Shown here: positions 14,437-21,144 of the stretch, in pieces
Numbering within the stretch: position 1 is the first letter of the stretch
How the letters are laid out: every line of letters begins with the position of its first letter
NCBI GenBank assembly: GCA_018819065.1
Contig: JAHJQL010000051.1
Span: 1-21,144, forward strand
Direction of reading: 5' to 3'
Source of the DNA: Nanobdellota archaeon
GTDB taxonomy: Archaea > Nanobdellota > Nanobdellia > Woesearchaeales > GCA-2686295
Length of the DNA: 21,144 bases
Notes under the pieces: model-generated
The model's database searches: none
Told to the model about the DNA's origin: nothing
Seen by the model: the letters and a program-made list of their open reading frames with translations, nothing else
Program-made: the position numbers and the translations under genes

Positions 14437-15519
14437 CTAAGCACTTAATGTGTTTCCTTTTGTGTTCTGATGATTGCTATTAAGTCCGTCAGAACCATAA
14501 CTTCTTGCTGCGTCTGAAGAAAACAAGTAGATAAGTCCTAAAGCAAAAGGCTCTCCTTTCTTAATAACATAATCTCCCCACATATATGGATGCGCAGTTA
14601 AATTGCCTTTAAAGCCGGAATCGCCCCAGCCAGCTTTTAGTCTTTGATTGAATTGCATCTTGAACATTTCTTCAAAATTAAAAGAAGATTTCATTTTGTA
14701 TGGAATACTTCTAAGAAGCAATATGCCCATGTTTTTAGGAATCTCAATATATGGGTCAAGCTTAACGACGTGATGCACATTTTGTTTTAAAATATATTCT
14801 TTGTCTAATTCATTTTTTTCAAAGACTTCATCAATAGAATATTTCATTCGCATATCAATTGTGCCAAAATTTTGTTTAGGTTTCAGGACTAAATCAGAAA
14901 CTTTGAATAAGACGTAACTCTCTAGAGTTTTTAGTTTTGGACTAATTATTCTTGCTGCATTTTTGACATCTTCAGGATTGTTAAGCACAACGCCCGAGCC
15001 ATAATCTTCTGCATAAAAAAATATTTGTGCAAACCTGTCTCTTGAGTGTAGCCTTATAGAATTAGGGTTGCTATTTGTTACATGTACAAATTGTCCATTT
15101 TCATCACTAAAAATTATTGGGCTTGTAGATATTAAACCATACTTTCCATGACCGCTCCTCAACTCAACACCCATCATGAATTCTGTTTTTATCTGTTCGT
15201 GTAAGTATATTTGTGCGTTGCAGCCAGGCATTATATCTATGTGTTGATTGTTGTTGTCTTCAAATATTTTTGTAGGCTCATAATTTTTTCCAAGTACAAG
15301 AACGCCACCTGTTTTTTTAGCCATTTCAGATGGATCAAAATATTTTACAGTTCCTATTCTCACGTCTAATGTATTTGGCTGAAACTGAACATCCTCTATT
15401 TCTTTATCAAATAATATTTTATTTTCTAATATTGCATTTCTAATATTAGTATCATTCAGAATATTATAATTCATAAAAATATGATGTTTGCTAAGTTCCA
15501 GTCCATTCAGTTTAATCAT
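14437..15519 (-). CDS. Tandem-domain dCTP deaminase/dUTPase-fold protein (long DCD-family-like)
   Basis: 360 aa. ILNDTNIRNAI..NKILFD....VQFQPNTLDVRIG is the dCTP-deaminase N-terminal pattern. There are two beta-barrel halves; the second has AGWGDSGFKGNLT (DPGF.G..T-like) and the C-terminal SYGSDG....HQNTKGNTLS tail. Confidence 0.65.
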   Translation of the reverse strand: MIKLNGLELSKHHIFMNYNILNDTNIRNAILENKILFDKEIEDVQFQPNTLDVRIGTVKYFDPSEMAKKTGGVLVLGKNYEPTKIFEDNNNQHIDIMPGCNAQIYLHEQIKTEFMMGVELRSGHGKYGLISTSPIIFSDENGQFVHVTNSNPNSIRLHSRDRFAQIFFYAEDYGSGVVLNNPEDVKNAARIISPKLKTLESYVLFKVSDLVLKPKQNFGTIDMRMKYSIDEVFEKNELDKEYILKQNVHHVVKLDPYIEIPKNMGILLLRSIPYKMKSSFNFEEMFKMQFNQRLKAGWGDSGFKGNLTAHPYMWGDYVIKKGEPFALGLIYLFSSDAARSYGSDGLNSNHQNTKGNTLSA

Positions 15520-15555
15520 TGTGTTGTGGTGAGATTTAATTTATTTTTATTTTTT

Positions 15556-16551
15556 TTATTCTAATCTTTTTACTGCCTGCGCGTATATTTCTGCTCCGTA
15601 CTTTGCTTCTTGTATTGTGAAATACGTGTTTCCGATGTCATAGGAGCCTGCTTCTTTTGTTTTCCGCAATCTTGTTATTATGGTTTCTATTGCCATGTTT
15701 TCTTTTATTAGGACATTTACTGCTTTGTCTACATCCTCGTCTGTCGTCGTTTTAGTTTTCAGCAGTGCCTTGTTTCTCTTAACGCCTAGTTTGTGGCAGG
15801 TCCATTCATATGTTTTTTTGAGTTCGTATAATCCTCTGTTTAGAGCGTTATATCTGTAAGATGGGTTGTCTTCTTTTTCGCTCCACACTTTGGAGATATG
15901 TCTTTCAACACCCCTGCTTATTCCTTCTGAGAACGACTCATATGATGTTCCATATGTGTTTACAGTTGCTTGCAGTATTCCTTTCTTGCTTAGTATGTGA
16001 TGAGTGTATTCGTGTGCTGAGATGACTATGTTGTTTGTTTTGTTTGCGTCTTTTTTTGATAGGTCGATTGTTTCTTCCAATGGTGAATATGTGCTTATGT
16101 TGTACTCTTCTTTGTGATACTCTATTATTCCTTTTGCTATCATCGTTCCTGCTATTGTTCCAAATATAGCTATAGGGTTAAAGTTTGTGATGGCGTAATA
16201 TGCTGCAGGTGTTAATATTGATGCTAATGCTGCATAAACTCCTGCGTATTTGAGGTTTGTTTTTCTGAATTGAAATATGTTGTAATAGCCTATCTCTGGT
16301 GATTCTATGTTTTGTACTTGTAAGAATTCATCTACTTCTTTTTTTATATCGACAAAAGTTTTTTGAAGCTCTTTGTTTTTTAGTTTTTTTCCAAAGTTCA
16401 GCTTTCCTTCTTCGTTGAGTCTTTTTAGTTTTTTGTATTCTTCAATCTCTTTGTTTAGTATCTCTTCGAGTATTGGGATGTTTTCCTTTTTTAGGACTTC
16501 TGATTTTAGCTTGCAGTCTTCAATTTGTTCGAGTGTTTCTTGATTTATCAT
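15556..16551 (-). CDS. Membrane-associated MA-clan (gluzincin-like) HExxH metallopeptidase-domain protein
   Basis: HEYTHH followed 24 residues later by SFSEGIS (HExxH...E, Peptidase_MA-like). N-terminal coiled coil plus hydrophobic segments (YAGVYAALASILTPAAYYAI, IAIFGTIAGTMIAKGII). I prefer the ATG at 16551 because a tttatatat TATA sits at about 16594-16602 on the minus strand (the track start is TTG 16593). Confidence 0.6.
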   Translation of the reverse strand: MINQETLEQIEDCKLKSEVLKKENIPILEEILNKEIEEYKKLKRLNEEGKLNFGKKLKNKELQKTFVDIKKEVDEFLQVQNIESPEIGYYNIFQFRKTNLKYAGVYAALASILTPAAYYAITNFNPIAIFGTIAGTMIAKGIIEYHKEEYNISTYSPLEETIDLSKKDANKTNNIVISAHEYTHHILSKKGILQATVNTYGTSYESFSEGISRGVERHISKVWSEKEDNPSYRYNALNRGLYELKKTYEWTCHKLGVKRNKALLKTKTTTDEDVDKAVNVLIKENMAIETIITRLRKTKEAGSYDIGNTYFTIQEAKYGAEIYAQAVKRLE

Positions 16552-16712
16552 TGTGTAAAAAAACTCTTTTTTGTTTGGTGTTTGTCTATTCAATATATAA
16601 ACCTTTTGTTTTTTAACTACTTATTAGTGGTTATTTAATTAGAATTGGTGTTTTTGAAACTATCAAAATACTGTTTACACAACATTAATTACTTAGAAAG
16701 CAATATTTATCT

Positions 16713-17222
16713 TTATCTTATGATTGTGATTGTATCCCTATATGACTCTAGAACCCTCTGTTGAAGGGTTTCAGCAGTTTTTTTTTCAGATGAGAGATCT
16801 GTTTTAAATAGTGCATCTAATCCTGTTTTTTCTTCTTTTGGAACTGTCACAAATTGAAATTTACGCAAATTATCTGGAAAACCCAGTCTTACGTATGCAG
16901 AGTCAAATCCGTCCTTATCTTTTTTCTGATCTTTAGTGCTAAAAACGTAACCGTCTTCTGCTTTATCAACGAGGTACACTCTCCTCCACTTATTCTCATT
17001 TAGTATGTGGGTTATTGTTGTGCCGTCTTTTTTAGCTCCTTCGTAGGTATATTTTGGAGTGATGGCTTGTTCTATTAATAAAGTCGCTGCTACTCCAGCC
17101 ATAAAATAAACTGTGTTCTTTATGAAGGTAGGTATGTATTGTCCACTAAGGGTTTTTTTTATCATGCTGGAATACTTATTGGAGTATTCATCTTCTTCTT
17201 TGTTTAATTTTTTTGTCTTCAT
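16713..17222 (-). CDS. Single-pass membrane protein, hypothetical
   Basis: 169 aa with one TM segment (VYFMAGVAATLLI) and no recognised domain. A TATA-like aaatatttaaat lies upstream on the minus strand. Confidence 0.55.
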   Translation of the reverse strand: MKTKKLNKEEDEYSNKYSSMIKKTLSGQYIPTFIKNTVYFMAGVAATLLIEQAITPKYTYEGAKKDGTTITHILNENKWRRVYLVDKAEDGYVFSTKDQKKDKDGFDSAYVRLGFPDNLRKFQFVTVPKEEKTGLDALFKTDLSSEKKTAETLQQRVLESYRDTITIIR

Positions 17223-17492
17223 GGTGGGTTTGGAATGTGGTGCAAATATTTAAATCTTTATTTTCACGTTCTAAGTTTTCTTTATTGAAGTGAATTTTCT
17301 ACTTCTTTCTATTGTTTAAAGGTTGTTTTTGAATGGTTATTTTCTGTTTTCCAGTTTTATGAATCAAAAAATTTATAAATAAGAAACACCCAACAACATA
17401 CCCTAATATATTTTTTAATATACTGGTGTGGTGCCTTATTGGCTCCGATTTGGAGTTTACTAGGGGGTTAAAAATTGGTAGAAAGTCAATTA

Positions 17493-19217
17493 ATGACGAT
17501 AGGATTGCTGCTCTTATTTGCAATAATTGGAGGATTAATATCTGCAAAGTTCAAACAGCCAGTAGTCTTAGGTCTGCTGATTATAGGAATGATAATAGGC
17601 CCAAACACCCTAAACCTCGTCAACGATGCCGGAATGATAGACTTGATGATAGAGTTTGGAGCAATAATATTCTTGTTTGTCATTGGCCTTGAGTTTTCCC
17701 TAAAAAAACTCATGAAAAGCGGATTTAAGATGATTTTGGTGACACTCTTTAAAGTCGGCATCATGTTCTTCATTGGATTTACCACAACTGTTGTTTTAGG
17801 GCTTGGAGTAATAGCTGCTGTTTTTGTAGGAGTTTTGATGTCATTCTCAAGCACAGTCATAATACTTAACATATTAAAGCAGAAAAACCTTGTTAAAAGA
17901 CCAGAGGTTCCATTGCTTGTAGGTGTCTTAGTGCTAGAAGATATATTTGGAGTTGTAGCGCTAACTTTCTTCTCATCCATGAGGGCTTCAGGCTCGGCAG
18001 GCTTACTTAGTGGCCTTGAAGATATAGTAATTAGTTTATCAATCCTAGTCTTTATATACATCATAGTTTCAAAATTCGCAGAGAGGATAGTTTCGTGGAT
18101 TACAAAGAGTGCTGGCGATGAAATGATAATGTTCATAAGCCTCGGTATATGCGCTGCCTTTGCATCACTAAGCTACTTTTTGGGAATAAGTCCTAGTGCA
18201 GGCGCGTTTTTGGCTGGAAGCATAGTCTCAAACTTTGAAGAGTCAAAGAAGTTTGAAAGCTCGATAAAATCACACACATTAATGTTTACATCATTCCTAT
18301 TCATATCTGTTGGAACACTAATAGACTTATCAGCGATAAAAGAACACATCATGACAATAATAGTGTTTTTAGTAGTTATAATCCTTGGTTTGTTTGTCGC
18401 AGTTGGAATGGTGACAAGAGTCTTTGGAAATTTTTCTTTTCAAGGATCAATATTTAGCACTATGGCTATGCTTCCACTAGGAGTTTTTTCAATACTAGTA
18501 GCAAAAGAAAGCATGAAATTTAATATTGGCATAGACCTTGTTTCTGTAACATCTGTCTTAATATTTACACTCACAGTTATTATGGCTCTGCTTTTAAAGT
18601 ACAACCAAAGCTTATATGATACTTCTTTTAAGAATAGATACACTGGATTTCAGAAAGTTTTAGGCTCTTTCTCAGACTACATAAAATCTCTTTTAGAAGA
18701 GATAGATGTTGAGAACGCATCAAGCAGAATTCTAAAGAAAAAAGCCCACAAACTAATGGGTTATGCTTTGTTATCAGTATTCATAATAGTGTTTACAGGC
18801 AAGATATCTGGATTAGTTAAAGTTACAATTCTTAAATACTTTATTATCTTTGCAGGAGTCGTTGGTGTGTTTTTGACTGCGTTGATGATGCGCAGATACT
18901 CAAAAGAAGTGTTTCACCAAATAATAAAGATTCTCTCAAACATGTCGGGCGGAGAGAAAATAAGGCAGACAAAACTCGTAGTAAAGAGCATGATGAAAGG
19001 TTTGTTCTTTGTTTTGATTGGAATATTCTCTCCTTTAGTGATTTTCGTGCTTAATGCTAGTGGATATTACTTGTTTGCTTCAACCACGCTTATCATTATT
19101 GGCTTGTTATTCTTCCACTCAACTTACAAGCATTTGAAGAATGTCTCATACGATTATAAATATAATATTAAGGCCTATAAGAAGCTAGATATGACTTTTT
19201 TGAAAGTCAAGCAATAA
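17493..19217 (+). CDS. Cation:proton antiporter (CPA2/Kef-NapA type Na+/H+ exchanger domain) with an extra C-terminal membrane region
   Basis: TIGLLLLFAIIGGLISAKFKQPVVLGLLIIGMIIGPN start, EFGAIIFLFVIGLEF and GVLVLEDIFGV are CPA2 hallmarks. I prefer the ATG at 17493 over the TTG at 17475. Confidence 0.8.
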   Translation: MTIGLLLLFAIIGGLISAKFKQPVVLGLLIIGMIIGPNTLNLVNDAGMIDLMIEFGAIIFLFVIGLEFSLKKLMKSGFKMILVTLFKVGIMFFIGFTTTVVLGLGVIAAVFVGVLMSFSSTVIILNILKQKNLVKRPEVPLLVGVLVLEDIFGVVALTFFSSMRASGSAGLLSGLEDIVISLSILVFIYIIVSKFAERIVSWITKSAGDEMIMFISLGICAAFASLSYFLGISPSAGAFLAGSIVSNFEESKKFESSIKSHTLMFTSFLFISVGTLIDLSAIKEHIMTIIVFLVVIILGLFVAVGMVTRVFGNFSFQGSIFSTMAMLPLGVFSILVAKESMKFNIGIDLVSVTSVLIFTLTVIMALLLKYNQSLYDTSFKNRYTGFQKVLGSFSDYIKSLLEEIDVENASSRILKKKAHKLMGYALLSVFIIVFTGKISGLVKVTILKYFIIFAGVVGVFLTALMMRRYSKEVFHQIIKILSNMSGGEKIRQTKLVVKSMMKGLFFVLIGIFSPLVIFVLNASGYYLFASTTLIIIGLLFFHSTYKHLKNVSYDYKYNIKAYKKLDMTFLKVKQ

Positions 19218-19223
19218 AAATGA

Positions 19224-19943
19224 TTAGAATCCGAATGTTATATTTGCACCGCCGTATGTCTGGTTCTTTAAAGGCGAACCTAATATTTCGTCATAATTCT
19301 TATCTAATGATATTATCTGGTTAATTGTTGGTGTTATTATGACTTTGTCTGAAATTTCTATTGGCATTACTAGTCCAAATTTCAAATGACTTAATCCTGA
19401 ATTACTTCTCCATTTATGGTCATTATAGCCTATTGATCCTTCAGCTGTGATTGGTATTCCAACTATCTTAAAATTCTTGCTTATTGCTAGTTCAGCGTAT
19501 GTTCCTGCTCCTGCGCCAAAGTCGTGAGATAATTTTAGTTTTGGATTTAGCAATGTTTCTATTGAAACTCCTCCAAATATTTCCTTGCTAGTTTTTGTTT
19601 CTGTATTTGGGTAGATGTAGTATCCAATACCCGCGTTTAATGTAACTCCTTTTGCAGCTTCTTTGGTGTAATCAATAATTAGATCTATCTCGTTAATCAC
19701 TCTTGTTCCGTTATCATAGTTCCCCCAAATAGTCCCTGAGATGCTTTCTAAGCTTACGTTTGTGCTTGGCTGGACAACCATCCCTTCTGAAAACCTCATT
19801 CCGTGAACGTTAAACTGGCTGTGTATTCCAATGTCGCTTGAAATATTTACTGATGGCTGTTCATTCTTTTCCTGTGCAAACAAGTTGTTTCCAACTGCAT
19901 ACATTAGAATTATAGTTCCGATTGTTTTTAGTGTTTTAAGCAT
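19224..19943 (-). CDS. Secreted beta-barrel-like protein resembling the bacterial TorF/Gcw_chp outer-membrane family
   Basis: 239 aa. Signal peptide ending LFA-QE, alternating amphipathic strands, and a central W.NYD......EIDL..DYT...(x)...GIGYYIYP pattern. The C-terminal ...GANITFGF ends in Phe. Confidence 0.45.
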   Translation of the reverse strand: MLKTLKTIGTIILMYAVGNNLFAQEKNEQPSVNISSDIGIHSQFNVHGMRFSEGMVVQPSTNVSLESISGTIWGNYDNGTRVINEIDLIIDYTKEAAKGVTLNAGIGYYIYPNTETKTSKEIFGGVSIETLLNPKLKLSHDFGAGAGTYAELAISKNFKIVGIPITAEGSIGYNDHKWRSNSGLSHLKFGLVMPIEISDKVIITPTINQIISLDKNYDEILGSPLKNQTYGGANITFGF

Positions 19944-20054
19944 TTTCTCTTGTTGAAATTGTTTATCTTTTTAAATCTTTCTATTTTGTAGCTACTTAAT
20001 AGTGATTAATTGATTTTTCAAAAGAAATAAAAAGACACAATACAATATCCTTTT

Positions 20055-20723
20055 ATGAAAAAATCCTTTTTATTTTCTCTTATAGCATTATTTGTACTTC
20101 TTTTTCTTGCAATCTTTGCCTATGCAAGCTTTTATCCAAGCTCACAATTGTTTGGAAAAGTCGTTTACAGATTGGATACTGACAAGAAACAGGTTGTCCT
20201 AACATTTGATGATGGTCCCGGAGAACAAACAAAGCAGATACTTAATGTTTTAAAAGAAAAGAACGTCTCAGCAATCTTTTTTGTTGTCGGACAAAGAGCA
20301 TTAGAAAAACCTGAAGTTGTGAAGAGAATCGTTGATGAAGGTCACATCGTTGGAATTCACACAATGACACACTCTTATCTTTTCAGAAATAACTATTATG
20401 AGTTGTCTGAAAGCAAAGTCGTTGTTGAAAACATAACTGGTGAGACCATCACATTATTCAGACCACCTTATGGCTTTAGAATTCCAAAAACTATCAAGAC
20501 AGCAGAAGAGCTAAACCTCACAACAATTACTTGGTCAAACTTTCCGAGAGATTACAACCATGAAGGCGAAGAGATTATTTCGAGAGTAATCAACAACTTA
20601 GAGCCCGGAAACATAATAGTTCTTCATGACGGACCAGGTGGCAGAGAAGAGACTCTAAAAAGCCTGCCAACACTAATTGACTTGGTAAGAGCTAGAGGAT
20701 TTGAGTTTGTAAGACTTTCCTAA
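20055..20723 (+). CDS. Polysaccharide deacetylase (NodB homology domain, CE4), membrane-anchored
   Basis: N-terminal TM segment. VVLTFDDGPG (motif 1), GHIVGIHTMTH (motif 2), LFRPPYG (motif 3), IIVLHD. Confidence 0.85.
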   Translation: MKKSFLFSLIALFVLLFLAIFAYASFYPSSQLFGKVVYRLDTDKKQVVLTFDDGPGEQTKQILNVLKEKNVSAIFFVVGQRALEKPEVVKRIVDEGHIVGIHTMTHSYLFRNNYYELSESKVVVENITGETITLFRPPYGFRIPKTIKTAEELNLTTITWSNFPRDYNHEGEEIISRVINNLEPGNIIVLHDGPGGREETLKSLPTLIDLVRARGFEFVRLS

Positions 20724-20730
20724 AAATAGC

Positions 20731-21144
20731 TTAGTTGATTATCTTGATTGCCTCATTTAACGCTTCTTTGTCAGGTTCCCATGTCAGTTTGGTTTTTACA
20801 TCACTACCAAGGGCCCAAAGATAATAATCATGTTTCTTGTCAGCATTATAATTTCTAACTGGAATGTTCATGCTTGCATTGATGAAGTAGAATTGAAAGT
20901 TATGCTCGTCATCTCCGTTCTTAACGATTTTTGTGAAATCCATTTTCTTCACAACGCTATGCTTTGAAATCCCAACCTGGTTCTTTATTAATCGCTCAAC
21001 AGCTTCGTCTTCTGATTCTCCTTCTTTAAGAAGCGTTTTTGGAAACTCCCATCCACGCCACTCCTCAACTCTGCGAAGAATTAAGAAGAATGACTGACCT
21101 TGACTGTCACACACAATTGCTTGTACACCTTTTTTATCTGTCAT
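20731..21144 (-). CDS. Nudix-fold protein with a degenerate Nudix box
   Basis: 137 aa. GWEFPKTLLKEGESEDEAVERLIKNQVGI aligns to GX5EX7REUXEEXGU, but RLIKNQ replaces REUXEE. The ATG is exactly at the window edge, so the true start could lie further upstream. Confidence 0.6.
   Translation of the reverse strand: MTDKKGVQAIVCDSQGQSFFLILRRVEEWRGWEFPKTLLKEGESEDEAVERLIKNQVGISKHSVVKKMDFTKIVKNGDDEHNFQFYFINASMNIPVRNYNADKKHDYYLWALGSDVKTKLTWEPDKEALNEAIKIIN

Noticed and set aside
17486-18136. Long antisense or alternate-frame ORFs inside confidently called genes. These are 474-806, 2269-2466, 3377-3589, 4094-4288, 5764-6042, 5767-5991, 6434-6646, 7096-7473, 8102-8293, 8297-8554, 9699-9962, 13294-13494, 17299-17547, 17426-17692, 17486-18136 and 18440-18643.
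   Set aside because: Each is fully or largely embedded in a gene with clear family motifs on the other strand or in another frame. Their composition (Ile/Ser/Phe/Asn-rich) is typical of shadow ORFs in AT-rich DNA.
1-21144. CRISPR arrays, rRNA genes, IS elements or transposases.
   Set aside because: I saw no regularly spaced repeats of 25-40 nt, no rRNA-like conserved stretches, and no transposase- or integrase-like ORFs or terminal inverted repeats on either strand.

Overview
This is an AT-rich contig that reads as archaeal and probably comes from a small-genome, DPANN-like lineage. The evidence is an archaeal/eukaryal ribosomal protein L10e, a PAC2 proteasome-assembly-type protein, a Nog1-like GTPase, endonuclease Q, a tRNA-Gln with an A1:U72 acceptor end, TATA-box promoters and frequent GGAGG-type ribosome-binding sites. 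All family names come from motif recognition by eye; no searches were run.

Layout:
- 1-7.0 kb: housekeeping genes (DUF192, an RNase-H-fold protein, CYTH, a eukaryote-like HGPRT, EndoQ, PAC2, a Nog1-type GTPase, L10e, tRNA-Gln(CUG)).
- 7.0-14.4 kb: an accessory island attached to the 3' end of tRNA-Gln.
- 14.4-21.1 kb: a three-gene minus-strand cluster (membrane protein, membrane MA-type HExxH peptidase, tandem-domain dCTP-deaminase-like protein), then a CPA2 antiporter, a bacterial-looking beta-barrel protein, a CE4 deacetylase and a Nudix-fold protein.

The most interesting feature is the island. The last 14 nt of the tRNA (tccgtgcggggcta) or close variants recur at least six times in direct orientation. 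Each copy lies just after the last plus-strand gene of a block, so the island is cut into blocks of 0.65-2.4 kb:
- VapB-VapC
- tandem Lrp-like regulator plus two orphan genes
- TrmB-like regulator plus an orphan and a micro-ORF
- AbrB-RelE
- an orphan paralog
- a decayed relic of the same paralog

A perfect 73-bp direct repeat (7006-7078 and 12191-12263) brackets the first 5.2 kb. No recombinase is encoded anywhere in the window. The arrangement resembles an integrase-less, integron-like cassette array anchored on a tRNA. The alternative is a stack of scars from serial tRNA-targeted integrations.
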